Positions 11,246 through 24,113 of a DNA stretch of 64,000 bases are shown here, piece by piece. The stretch is from Octopus sinensis. Taxonomy: Eukaryota. A model generated the notes under the pieces. That model saw only the letters and a program-made list of their open reading frames with translations. It was not told where the DNA came from and searched no databases. Positions within the stretch are counted from its first letter, which is position 1, and each line of letters starts with the position of its first letter. The DNA is taken from positions 48,422,001 through 48,486,000 of the forward strand of contig NC_043014.1 of the NCBI RefSeq assembly GCF_006345805.1. Reading direction: 5' to 3'. A program made the translations under genes and the position numbers.

Positions 11246-11649
11246 CAACATGGATACACTGACATTTAAAACACCATTAATCTTGAGTTTTGCCACAGAT
11301 ACCCAGACCACAAAGCTTGGGTTGTGATGCAGTTGATTAATTCATCCCTTACTCCCTTACTTAACTGCTACTTATTTTATCAAACCCTGAATGACGAAAG
11401 GCAAAGCTGTTTGTGGCAGAATTTGTTCATTTGTGTTACATTTGTTTATCCATGCTTGTTTGAGTTTGATGAATATATTACCAGGGCATTGTTTTATAAT
11501 TGGATGCCCTTTTTGTCATGAACCCATACCTGGTTTTCAAATAAGGGATCTTATTTTGCATGTCTTCAAATATATAAAGTGAGCAAACTAATTGTTGACC
11601 AAAGTGTCAACAACAGCATTGCTTGTAGCTCACAACTTTTGTAGAACCC

Positions 11650-11652
11650 AAG

Positions 11653-11692
<40 letters not shown>

Positions 11693-11845
11693 GTTTCTTT
11701 CAGTTTCCATCTACCAAATTCACTCAGTTTTGATTGTTCTGAGGCTATAATAGAAGACACCTGCTCAAGCTTTTGTGCAGTGGGATTGAACCTCAAGCCA
11801 CACTATTAGGGTGCAACCTTTGTAACCACACAGCCATGCCTGTAC
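11650..11845 (-). mobile_element. SINE family B 5' half
   Basis: TTTCAGTTTCCATCTACCAAATTCACTCA...CCACACAGCCATGCCTG. Confidence 0.75.
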
Positions 11846-12342
11846 CAAATTACTGTAGGGGATTTTATTTGGTGTTCTACAGGTTCTACCATCGACTGCT
11901 GTTGGCACCATTAATATCCTACCATTGACTTCTCTCTGATAGCATCATTAATATTCTGACCAAGGGCGAAACTAGTTTACATATTAATGGCACTAAGAGC
12001 AATGTTTGTGTGTGAAGACCACAAAAAGCTGGTTTCTAAGAACTCTAAGACAATGCTAACCGCACTTAGAATCATAATTATGTTTGTTTCAGACTAGAAG
12101 TAGGTCAAGTGTGAGCTGTGTGTCATATAATAAACATATTATATAATGCCTGCTTCCAGTTGCTCGAACCACTCTGAATCACACGCTACCATTTTATACC
12201 ATTGTTCACCATAACACTATCAAATTCTCCTGCTTGTAAACCAGACACCAGTCACATGCCCTCATTTTTCACTGATCTTTTATGTTTTCAGGTCTTTACC
12301 CTCAAATTTAGTAGTATTTGTTCTTGGTTCTTCACCCATTAC

Positions 12343-12387
<45 letters not shown>

Positions 12388-12946
12388 TACCCATATGCAC
12401 ACAGGCATATGCATATAGACCTAGCAATACACACAGGCATACATGTACACATGCATCTAACAATTCATTTGGAGAATTTGTTTTTGATTTCCTGCTCCCA
12501 TGTCGAACACACACTTCAATATATTTGATTTGAACTGAATATTTAAACTGTTCACTAATTAAGACAGACACTCTTCATTATGGTGACAGTGTAAGCTGAT
12601 CTAATTAAACACTCATTACCTCCATAAACACACTCTCACATCTGAGATCACTTCCTTAAATATACACACATCTTAGTACATATCTGTAAACACACATCTT
12701 AAAACACTTCCAAGAACACATTAATGTAATATGTTACCATCTCATACACCTTAACAACAGCCCCTTGCCGTCTGGTTTGGTATAATATATTTCCATCTCA
12801 AGTCCTTTAACTGAATTAGGACAGGAATAAAATATTAGACCAAAATTCAGTTCAATTTTCTGGAAGCCGGGGGTCCATTATTTCATACAGTTGCTGGTGT
12901 CTTTGAATATAATGAAGGAGTTATCAATAAACGTGTAATGCAAATT

Positions 12947-13325
12947 GGAGCACACATGCTACATATCTGGGCCTTGGTATAATGTTGAGTATGTTGGTTA
13001 TATGTGTGGGTCATGGTGCAATATGGAGCACAAAGGCTACATGTGAGGCACCTTGGTCCCATGTGGAGTACAGATGCTATATGTGTGGGGCATTGTACAA
13101 TGTGGAGCACACGGGCTACATATGTTGGCCTTGATGTGATGTGGAGTGTGCAGGGCACATGTATGGGTCATGGTGCAATGTAGAACATACAAGCTACATG
13201 TGAGGACCTTGTTGCAACATGGAGCACACAGGCTACATACACTGGCCTTGGTATGATGTGAAGTGTGCAGGATACGTGTGTGAGTCATGACATAATGTGG
13301 GCTATGGGCTACATGATGGGCCATG
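12947..13325. repeat. 39-bp minisatellite with higher-order structure
   Basis: GGAG-containing unit recurs at 12947, 13025, 13065, 13104, 13143 and 13221; subtypes recur at 117-157 bp spacing. Confidence 0.85.
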
Positions 13326-14529
13326 CTCCCAACGACTACTAACCCTCTATAAAGAGAGAGCTGAGGTGAGACTCACAACAGTGTACTGGCGCTCCCCACT
13401 CAGCCACTCCAACATGTGGCACACACACATGCTCTTTTACTTTTTTTGGTCATTAGACTGTTGCCAATGCTGGAGCATTGCCTTGACGAATATTTTAGTC
13501 AAATGACTTGCTCCACTACTTTTTTTCTTTCTTTCGAACCTGGTCCTTATTCTATTGGTCTCTTTTGCCAAACTGCTAAGTTACAAGGATAAAAGATAGC
13601 TCGTTCCTGTCTGCTTTTTTGACTGTTATTACTACCATCTCCGACAGCACCATCACCACTACTTCTACAACCACCACCACCAACACCACTGGCTGGTCTT
13701 GTGCTAGCCCCACTCACTCCTTATTGAAAGTGTCAACTTTCTATGAAAACAGTTAAGTCAAGTTTGGTGCAGAAGCTGTTAAAAATGAAATCTGTATTCA
13801 ACAATGGGCCGCCCCCCTCCCCCGGATCACAGTTGACATTGTGGATTCAGAATAAAGCAATTAATTTATTTAATATATTAAACGTAATTCAATTAAGAGA
13901 ACTTGTTATTTGAATGTCAGTCGGGGGGGGGGGTTCTTTCTTAATATTTCTGTAAACATTATTTTGCGTATTCAATAAAAATGTTTTATACTTGATTTCC
14001 TCCTTTTCACATATTCCTATGAATGAAATTCTAAACTTACATCATCATCATCATCGTCGTCTATTCATGCTGGTATGTCTTTTGCACTTGCCTGTTTGAC
14101 AAGCCTTCTTCCCTCCTTCTCTCTCCGTCTCTCCCTCGGTAGGTGTCTTCTCTTGTTCGTGTCAGGTCAGGCTACTTCACTTCTCGACGTTCTTTAACCT
14201 ATAAAACCCTCCTATAAATAGTCACCAAACCACAACATATGTCTGCCCTCAATTGTTTGTTTTTTATCTCGACAAAATACTAGTTTTTCTTTTCTTTTTT
14301 TTTTTTTTTGTTTTCGTGTATGTAAATGTTTTCTTTTTTTTATTTCTCTTTTTTTTAGTCGTTGTTCTTCGTTCCTTTTTTTTTTGTTTGTTTTGTCTTG
14401 CTTGTTAACTGATTGTATGGATGTGCACCTTGGCAGAAATGTCACGTGTTTTTGTTTTTTAACTCGTTGCTTTTGTAATGTCAATCTACCTTCTTTTCTT
14501 TGTAGACAAGAATTACATACACACACTCA

Positions 14530-14749
14530 CTCAAGCACACACACACACACACACACACACACCCTATACACACACTCGCTCAAGCATACACGCACCCTAT
14601 ATACATACAAAAGTTGTTCTCTCTCTCTCTCTCTCTCTCTCACTCACTCACTCACTCACTCACTCACTCCTCACTCCTCACTCACTCACTCACTCACTCA
14701 CTCACTCACTCACTCACTCACTCACACACACACACACACACCACACACA

Positions 14750-14780
<31 letters not shown>

Positions 14781-14800
14781 CTCTCTCTCTCTCTCTCTCT
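14530..14800. repeat. Compound (CA)n/(CT)n/(CACT)n microsatellite
   Basis: Directly visible. Confidence 0.95.
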
Positions 14801-14848
14801 TTCCCCATTATACACCCATCAGATCTCTGTCTTAACTATATTTTGCCC

Positions 14849-15452
14849 CGTCTGTCGTTACGTTCTGAGTTCAAATTCCGCCGAGGTCAACTTTGCCTTT
14901 CATCCTTTCGGGGTCGATAAATAAAGTACCAGTTTCGCACTGGGGTCGATATAATCGGCTCAATCCCTTCGTCTGTCCTTGTTTGTCCCCTCTGTTTAGC
15001 CCCTTCTGGGCAGTAAAGAAATATATATTTTGCCCTATAAAGGCGGCGAGCTGGCAGAAACGTTAGCACGCCGGACGAAATGCTTAGGAGTATTTCGTCT
15101 GTCGTTACATTCTGAGTTCAAATTCCGCCGAGGTTGACTTTGCCTTTCATCCTTTCGGGGTGGATAAATTAAATACCAGTTACGCACTGGGGTCGATGTA
15201 ATCGACTTAATACCTGTCTGTCCTTGTTTGTCCCCTCTGTGTTTAGCCCCTTGTGGGTAATAAAGAAATAGGTATATCGTCTGTCGTTACGTTCTGAGTT
15301 CAAATTCCAGTGAGGTCGACTTTGCCTTTCATCCTTTCGGGGTCGTTAAATAAAGTACCAGTACGCACTGGGGTCGATGTAATCGACTTAATCCGTTTGT
15401 CTATTCTTGTTTGTCCCCTCTGTGTTTAGCCCCTTGTGGGTAGTAAAGAAAT
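14849..15452 (+). mobile_element. Three tandem SINE family A copies (5'-truncated, full, 5'-truncated)
   Basis: Copies at about 14849-15022, 15041-15274 and 15278-15452; the repeated flank TATATTTTGCCC/TATATTTTACCC separates and bounds them. Confidence 0.95.
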
Positions 15453-15834
15453 ATATATTTTACCCTATATGTAAACCCAGATATCTCTATGCTCTGCCCT
15501 ATATACACCCACCAAATTTCTCGTAGATATACTTTAGTTTATATACATGCAACAATTTCTCTCTTTGGACCAGCCCATGTTAGACACACACACACACACC
15601 TCATTTCATTTATTTCTTGGTTAAAATAATGTACAATTTTTCAAAACTTCTCAGTTACCTCCGACTAGATTCTTTTTTAATAATTGACATTTAAGTGGAA
15701 GTGGAAGGGGAATTTCAAGACGACTACATCAACAAAAACAACATAAAACTCCACAGAATCGCTCAATAAACAAATCGGATTGATTTTTTAAAATGATTTT
15801 TCTGGAGTCAATTCAACTTAGAAGGCGACGAAAC

Positions 15835-15842
15835 TATAAATA
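15835..15842 (+). promoter_or_regulatory. TATA-like box upstream of a candidate first coding exon
   Basis: TATAAATA in non-repetitive sequence about 140 bp upstream of the ATG at 15981; motif match only. Confidence 0.25.
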
Positions 15843-15980
15843 AGGAGTTGTTCCCCTTGTTCCATAAATTTACTTCAGATTTTGGTTCTTAATAGATGAA
15901 AAGTATTACCCCGGTCTCTCTATTTATTTTAATAAACTTTATACTTTTTGTTGCTAAATTTTTTTGTTTGTTCTTCGGAA

Positions 15981-16010
15981 ATGCCGTATCCTGGGATCAC
16001 ATTATCCAAG
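15981..16010 (+). CDS. Candidate first coding exon, MPYPGITLSK
   Basis: GGAAATG start, exactly 10 codons, AAG|GTGATC donor in phase 0, matching the phase-0 acceptor at 26726. Confidence 0.35.
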
Positions 16011-17019
16011 GTGATCTAAAAAAAATTTTTTTTTAAATGGTAGAGTTAGGTTTGTCGGCAATTTGGCTGCTATTTCTAGCAAGTAGGGTGACTACATGGC
16101 AGAGGCTGTCTGGTTGGCTCAAGACCCGGGTGGTAATAGTGATGTTTTTTGATCGCCTCTTAAATCAAATCACTCAGGAGTTACTTGCAGGGATGGAATC
16201 CCTCTGAGGTTAACTTTACTGGTCATCCTTCTGAGGCTATTAATATAGAAGTACCAGTGAAATACTGGATGCAGGGAATATGAATAGAAGACTGACTGTC
16301 ATTCTCCTGGAGTTGAAAGAAAAATAGTACCAGTAATATACTGAGGCAGATTTAATTTCCCTATACAATATTCTAGATATGAATAGAAGACTAACACTCA
16401 TTTTCTAAAAGTTGCAAAAAGAGAAAAAAAGTACCCTTAATATTAATGTCAATTTTATTGCCTGAAATTTTTTGGGCTTTTGTGTTGGAAATTCTCTCCA
16501 CTTTCATTTTCTTAGCATTAAGTATGATGCAATTCTCCTTTCACACCCCATCATCATCACTCACCGAAGGGACAGGTTCTTCCCACCCATCCCACCTGAC
16601 TCATTCGGGCGGGGTTCTATAACTATTTCTGTTTGTTTTGTACTATTTCCCCTTTGGCAGAGTTCTTACTCATAGGTGCCAGCTTGTTGTTTATCTGAAG
16701 CTCGGACTTGATCCAGAAGACCCGTGAATCAAAGACGTTCTAGTTGTGACCATCATGCCTTTTCTTCAGGCATAATGTATTGAAGACTAAATGCGGTGCT
16801 CCAGCATGGCCACAGTCAAATGAGTGAAACAAGTAAAAAAAAAAAAAATTAAGAAAATGAGTGTTAATCTTCTATTCATATCTAGAATATTGTATAGGGA
16901 AAGTAAAACTGCCTCAGTATATCACTGGTACCGTCTTTTTATAACAGTATGGTGTTACTTGTGGAAAATTTGGTTTTTTATTTATGGCCAGTTTAGACCT
17001 TGCTGGGGCATCACCTCTA

Positions 17020-17345
17020 AGAGTTCAGTTGAACAAATTGGCCCTTATACCCTTTTTTAAAGCCTGGTTCTTACTCTATTGGTCTCATTTGCCAAACCAC
17101 GAAGTTATGGGAGACATAAACAAACCAACACCAGTTGTCAAGTGATGGTAATGACAAGCACAAAGACACACACACACACACATGATGGGCTTCCATTAGT
17201 TTGTGTCTGCCATATCTACTCACAAGACTTTTGCTGGCCAGGGGCTATAGAAGATGATACTTGCCTAAGATGCCTGACTGTGAGATTGAACCCAAGACCA
17301 CATGGTTAGGAAGCAAGCTTCTTACCATAGAGCCACACTTGTGCC
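17020..17345 (-). mobile_element. Degenerate SINE family B
   Basis: Diverged family B body and head on the minus strand. Confidence 0.75.
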
Positions 17346-17559
17346 TATGTAGATATCTTGTCAATTTATTGTGGTACAGTCTGTCTCTGAAGTCCAGCAT
17401 TGTGAGATCTTTGTTGGTCTTCCTTTGTTGTCATCTAATATCAACTAACATTCACAAAACAATCCTTCATTCCAGTTTGGTTGTCTCCCTTGTGTCCATC
17501 CGATGATGCTCTTAATACATAGCTACTCTCAGCTCACGTGCTGCTTTTATGTATAGCTG

Positions 17560-18005
17560 TGAAATAAAAACAGCAAATGCTATGTAAATGTTGTGACAGT
17601 GAAATATGGGCAGTAAATACTATGTGACTGAAATATGGGCAGTAAATACTATGTGACTGTGAAATATGGGCAGTAAATACTATGACTGTGAAATATGGGC
17701 AGTAAATACTGTGTGGCTGTGGATATGGACAGTGAATATTGTGTAACTGTGAAATATGGGGAGTGAATGTTGTGTAACTGTGAAATATGGGGAGTGAATG
17801 TTATGCAGCTGTGAAGTATGGGGTGTGAAAGCTCTAGATGTGATGTATGGGCAACAAATGTTATGTTGCTGTGAAATATAAGCAGTGAATGCTATGTATC
17901 TGTGAAGCATGAGTAAATGCTGTGTAGCCATGAAATATGGCCAATGAATGTTGTGTAATTATGAAATATGAGCAGTGAATGCATTAGAGCTGTAAAATGC
18001 AAGCA
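17560..18005. repeat. ~30-bp minisatellite GTGAAATATGGGCAGTAAATACTATGTGACT
   Basis: About 14 units, near-identical at the left and increasingly diverged to the right. Confidence 0.9.
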
Positions 18006-18498
18006 GAGAATGCAAATATTTTCATGAAGGGTTAAGTAGAATTGGTCGTTAACTGCAGGCTAATCAGGTGTTTTTCTGGCTGGGACATAATCCATGGTAG
18101 GTTTATAGGGTATTTTATATGTTGACAGCAGAAGATTGTTGGAATAAAGGTTGATTTGTAATATTCTGGGAGACTCTTGTTAGGCAAGGTCTGAGAATGT
18201 TGGTTCTCAAAGGACCTTAAGTAAGGAATAATAGACATGGCAGACATAGAGATTTGCTCCACACATGATGCTAACATTGGGAAAATGGATATTAAATCAA
18301 TAATGGTTCGCTTTTTGAATGTTCTGTCAGTCTTGGCTTTTAAAATATGGAAGTAGATAGTAAGATTATATAGAGGATATCACACTCACACACACGCTCA
18401 CAAGTATTTATATATGTATATACATTATGTATTTATGTGTGTGAATATGCATATATATGTATATACACATATGCACAAACATCTCAAAAATATCAAGA

Positions 18499-18551
<53 letters not shown>

Positions 18552-18596
18552 ATATGTGTATATGTGTATATATGTGTGTGTGTGTATATGTGTGTA

Positions 18597-18627
<31 letters not shown>

Positions 18628-19124
18628 AATGGTTTTGATATGTCTATGTGATTAGCTATTTTGTGATACATCACGAAAAAATATCTAAAATCTTTTTTTA
18701 AAGTACATTCCATTTTTTTTTAGCTGCTTCTTATTTAAACTGAGATATATAAATGTGTGTATGTATGAATATATATATATATATATATATAGATATATAT
18801 GTGTGTGTAATTCAGCTATGTGCAAGTGGTAGTTTTCCAGCGTACAGCCATCCCTACTCTCGTCCCTCTTGTGTCTCCTTTATGATGTATCATCTTTCTT
18901 TGATTCTTTGTTGCCATCTTCACATTATCTGATTGATAGATGGAATAATAAACATGGCAGATATTTAAATCGCCATTACATCTTACATTAAAATATAGGG
19001 TGTGTCCATTGTCAATTCTTCTCCAGTTGGAGACATCGTCACTACTTCTCCCCTTATTCTACAACCACCACCACATTTTGTTGGTTTACCATATTCTTCA
19101 TCCTGCTTTCCATTCTTATTCATC

Positions 19125-19490
19125 AGCATCATCATTTTAATGTCCACTCTGCCATGCTTTCATGGTTTAGACTGAATTTGCTGAGACAGGTTTTCTATGG
19201 CTGGATACCCTTCCTGTCACCAACCCTCGCCCATTTCCAAGGGAGGTAATATTTACCCATAGCTAGACATATTCCAGAGACGATTGAAAATTAAGGACAC
19301 CACTTTTGTATCATTGACACTCATTTACAACTATTGTGATATCAGGGTAAGGAGGCAGTAAGACACACATGCATACATATACATATATATATATTTGTAT
19401 ACAAAGGCTTCCTTCAGTTTCTGTTTTCTATATTCACTCACAAGGCTTTGGTCAGCCCAGGTCTATAGTAGAAGACACTTGCCCAAGGTA
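19125..19490 (-). mobile_element. Degenerate SINE B head with RTE-type tail
   Basis: GGCTGGATACCCTTCCTGTCACCAACC...CCAAGGGAGGTAATATT and CACAAGGCTTTGGTC...GAAGACACTTGCCCAAGG. Confidence 0.65.
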
Positions 19491-19626
19491 TATATCTTTT
19501 AAATTTATTTATGGGAAATGTCTTGAATAAGCAAATAAAGCTCCTACTCCGTTATGTTGGGCACTGTCTAATGATGCTGACTACTGGGGCAATTTTGGTG
19601 GGTTGCATCAAGTTGTACCAATATAA

Positions 19627-20021
19627 TCTCTTTATATATAAAGCTGAAGTTGTCTGTGTATGGCAGGTTTGGTAGCCTTCAACTAACACTATATCCTTCA
19701 AGACCCTGTGGCGCAAGTTGACCAAAATTGAGAGTATGATAGAAAGAAGGCTTGCTCTTCATTCCGTAGAAGAAAAAATTCAAATCGGACCATGTTAACA
19801 CCAAAAATTATTTATATCAAAAAGGTGCTTTTTCTTCTATGAAAATCCCTATATTTGACGATTTTTTGACTGCTGTGTCACCATTTTTCGGTGTATTTCA
19901 ACCAGAAAAAATGTTCACTTAAAGAGAATAACAAGCTACATAATGCAAAATTTTTACTTTTCAAAAATTCCAAATCTAAAGGGTTGAAATAAACCCGAAC
20001 AATACCGGGCGATACTGCTAG
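19627..20021 (+). mobile_element. Complete non-autonomous Helitron
   Basis: 5' TCTCTTTATATATAAAG, 3' subterminal hairpin CCCG-N8-CGGG (19994-20009) and CTAG end; inserted between A (19626) and T (20022) with no TSD. Confidence 0.85.
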
Positions 20022-20051
20022 TGCAAGATAAATATAATAGTAATGACAATA

Positions 20052-20477
20052 GGATGGATTTTATAAACATTTAATGCATTGCTACATGTGCTTTCACAAA
20101 TCACATGACTTTGAAGATTCCAGTGTCTGTATTCCTCGGATGATTATAGTGTAGTCCGTAGTATCCGTGGCCATCGGGTTGATGATCATCATTGTTTCAT
20201 TTCTTCAGGCAATATAACATTAGTGGATGCACCACACAGGGATGTTTATCCCGTTTTACCAGTATGGAGTTTATCCTGACCAAAGGGATTAAAGTCCATA
20301 CTGGTAGAAAAGGATAAATATCTTGAAGAAATGAATCAATGATAATGATCAACCGGATACCCACAGATACTACAGACTATACTGTAATCGTCCCAGAAAT
20401 ACTGAGTGTAATCTGAAGAGTCATGGGATTTGTGGAAATGTGTGTAGCGATGCATTAAATGTGTATAAATTCCATTC
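20052..20477. repeat. Long imperfect palindrome (foldback/MITE-like)
   Basis: Arm 20052-20276 aligns to the reverse complement of 20286-20477 (11 mismatches in the outer 59 nt), 9-nt centre, about 30-nt extra segment in the left arm. Confidence 0.9.
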
Positions 20478-20497
20478 AAGGATTATTATTATCATAT

Positions 20498-20729
20498 ATT
20501 TCTTTACTAACCACAAGGGGCTAAACATAGAGGGGACAAACAAGGACAGACAAAGGGATTGAGTTGATTATATCGACCCCAGTGTGAAACTGGTACTTAA
20601 TTTATCGACCCCGAAAGGATGAAAGGCAAAGTTGACCTCAGCGGAATTTGAACTCAGAATGTAACGACAGACGAAATATGTCTATGCATTTCGTCCAGCG
20701 TGCTAATGTTTCTGCCAGCTCGCCGCCTT
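20498..20729 (-). mobile_element. SINE family A, full length
   Basis: Family A consensus on the minus strand. Confidence 0.93.
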
Positions 20730-21399
20730 CACTATACCATGGCCCACACTGCTCTATGAATGTTTTTGTTCCATGACTCTGACTATGTTCCATAGCCATT
20801 GTTATCATATATATCAAGTATTACACCTGGTTATATTTCTGTCATTGCTACTTGTCTCAAAGCAGATGGTGGTGTTATTTAGCCCCACCACACCCTGGTT
20901 CTACAAACACGATCAAGCTAGACCATTCCACGTTTCTTTTGTTGTTCATTCAGATAAAGTGTACACCAAACCATATTATCTAATGTGTTTAAGATAGTAG
21001 AATGCAGTTAGAGGCAGGTTTGCTATTGTTTGTAGCTGATCAAGCAACCCTACTGGCTTGTTAAAGAGAATCAGTTGGTGTAGTACCAGTTAGGGATAAG
21101 GCAAGATAGGGTTCTCGCAAAGGTGTAATACAGCTAGTGTTAGGCCAGCAGGGTTGTCTTTCTGATATTATACAACCTGGTAAATGTTTGATAAAGAAAA
21201 TGATGTAGCTGTTTGTTTATATTGTAAGTGATTATGTGTCTATGTTTTTATTGCATTCAGTTTTGGTTGTCACCCACACAAAAGTCTAAATTGGAGCTCA
21301 ACGTCAGTTATGACATTCAACACATCTGTGAAAGTGAAATTATGTTTGTGGAAAAAGATAGTCAAGAGTAAATGGTAAAAATTTTAGATCCATATAGGC

Positions 21400-21720
21400 A
21401 GTATTTATTGAGCAAGCATCTTCTGCTTTTAACTTTGGGCCAACCAAAGCCTTGTGACTGGATTTGTTAGCTGGAAACTGAAAGAAACCTATTTGTGTGT
21501 GTATGTTTGTATTGCCTGGTTTTGACATCGCAGGACAGTGTCACTGTTGTACTAGCAGTGTCATTCATTTCCAATATTCTACAAAAAACATAGGAAAATA
21601 TTACCTTGCTTGGAAACAGGTGATGGCTAGCAACATGAAGGGCTTCTGGCCATGGAAAATCTGCCCCAATAAATTGTATCCAACTTGTGTAAGTATGGAA
21701 AAGTGAATGTTGAAATGATG
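21400..21720 (+). mobile_element. Degenerate SINE B body with RTE-type tail
   Basis: CCAAAGCCTTGTGA...GGAAACTGAAAGAA...AATATTACCTTGCTTGGAAACAGGTGA...ATGGAAAAGTG. Confidence 0.65.
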
Positions 21721-22310
21721 TGTGTGTTTCTGACTTCTGTGCTTCTGTGAAAATCTGTCACATTATGAGTGGGTGATAACATTGCTGTCATTTCTCCTGT
21801 TGACTCTGCACCTTCAAAAACAAATGCAATAAGGGATCCCTTATTTGAAAGAAATGTAATATTTGGAGGCGCATTCAACAGTAAAGCACTACCTCCGCAA
21901 TATATTCTTCTAACCCATGCTAACATGGAAAAACATGTAAAACTAACAACTGTCTCAGCAAAGATCATGTCCGTCTGTAGTGATGGAGGGAAGGTTGCAA
22001 TACTGCCGTGGAACAAGGCCACGAGCTGTTGAGAGAGGTTTCTGTAATATTGCTCCATCTGTTACAAATGATGGTCAAATATCCCTAAAAGAACTCATTG
22101 AATTGTGAAGTTCTGGATTTATTTTTGTCTCTGGAAAAAAAAAAGGGCTTAATGCTTCGATAGTCTAGTCTTTGAATAACTGACTATGGTTGGAACATTT
22201 TTGATCATAGGTCTGCATGGCTAGTAATACTATTCTACAAATGTGTGTTTCTACAGTGACATACAATTGAGGGGAAAAAAAACCTCCCTTCATGTTATAA
22301 AAAAAATTAC

Positions 22311-22541
22311 ACTCTCTTTACTCTTTCACTTATTTCAGTCATTTGACTGCGGCCATGCTGGAGCACCGCCATTAGTCGAGCAAATCAACCCCGGGACTTA
22401 TTCTTTGTAAGCCCAGTACTTATTCTATCGGTCTCTTTTGCCGAACCGCTAAGTGATGGGGACGTAAACACACCAGCATCGGTTGTCAAGCAATGCTAGG
22501 GGGACAAACACAAACACACAAATACACACACACACACAAAT

Positions 22542-22624
<83 letters not shown>

Positions 22625-22730
22625 TACATATATACGACAGGCTTCTTTCAGTTTCCGTCTACCAAATCCACTCACAAGGCATTGGTCGGCCCGAGGCTAT
22701 AGCAGAAGACATTTGCCCTAGGTGCCACAC
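22311..22730 (-). mobile_element. SINE family B, 5'-truncated, young
   Basis: Close to consensus, CpGs retained, internal (TA)/(CA) expansion. Confidence 0.92.
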
Positions 22731-23404
22731 TATAAACATTTACTTAAATTGATCAACACACTGGGTTACAATGGTTTACTGCCAATGTGCCTCAGATAAT
22801 GTAGTTCTAAGGATGTATTATGTTTGAATAAAAAAGAAACTTGATGCTCACAGCTGAATGCGTTTGATCACACGTCTGTTGGTTCAGAGCTGGCAACTAC
22901 AACAACAACAATAATGATAATACAAAGAATAGTGAGACGTCACAGAGAGTCCAAGATAGCCAAGAAGTTTCCAGAATGTTCGAGAATTCTGTGAGAAGGT
23001 GGCAGTATTGTTATTCCTGGATTTAACCCACATTAAAACAGCCAAACTGGCAACTCCAAGTTCCTTAGCAACAAACTATCGCGTTCGTTTTCATATTGAA
23101 ACATTTAAATTTTTATTGCATCGATTTAGATAGATTTATTTTTAGAATAAATTGGTTTTTATTTATTTTTAGTTTCCATTTCAGATCTCTCTGTCTCTCT
23201 CTCTCTCTCTCCTCTCTCTCCTCTCTCTCTCCTCTCTCCTTCATCCCCTCCTGCCATTTCTTTCAAATGTTGCTGTTTCAAAAATGTTCTTTTGAAAAAA
23301 TATCAAGTTTCTTTCTCTGAAATTCCCTGATGGCTTCAATTTATTTTTCTTCTTTTACCATTTCGACAATTTATTAAATAGATTTGGTATGGCTGTAGGA
23401 TGGT

Positions 23405-23529
23405 GGGGATGCACACACACACACACATACACGCTAACATGGAAAGTGTGTATAAATTGATGATATGTACACATATGTGTCTGTGTGTGTATGTGTATAT
23501 ATGTGTATATATGTGTATATATATATGTG

Positions 23530-23587
<58 letters not shown>

Positions 23588-23628
23588 GTGTGTGTGTGTA
23601 TCTATATATGTGTGTATCTATCTATATA

Positions 23629-23672
<44 letters not shown>

Positions 23673-23790
23673 GTGTGTGTGTATATATATATATATATGT
23701 ATACATACAGATATCTCAGCATGGCAATCAGACATGACTCTTATAGACATGTATGTATGTATATGTGTGTTTTTATACACACACACACAG
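23405..23790. repeat. (TA)n/(TG)n compound microsatellite
   Basis: Directly visible. Confidence 0.95.
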
Positions 23791-24113
23791 AGTTAAGTAC
23801 AACAGTTAGGAAGGGAAAATATAGACAAATATTGCTAAACCTCGAATAATATCTAACAGTTTGATATTTTTATTTTGTAATTTTTATTGGCAACAAAAAG
23901 GAAACAACCCTTTTGGGAAATTATATATGACTAGTATTAGTTGACTTAGTGTTTCACCCACGTAATGTTTCGTTACTCTTTCCTGTTTTCTTTTACTGAT
24001 TTCAATCGTTAGACTGTGACCAAGCTGGAGCATATTTTCTAGAGTTTTAGTCAATTACATTGATCCCAGTACTAACTGTAGTACATGTATTATTGACTAA
24101 TATATATATATAT

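Noticed and set aside
12883-13324. C2H2 zinc-finger gene
   Set aside because: Period is 13 codons rather than 28, with no CxxC-x12-H-x3-H or TGEKP linker.
21627-22058. 143-aa and 87-aa overlapping ORFs; ALPPQYIL is faintly pogo-like
   Set aside because: Similarity is too short to call a transposase, and one end runs into a SINE tail.
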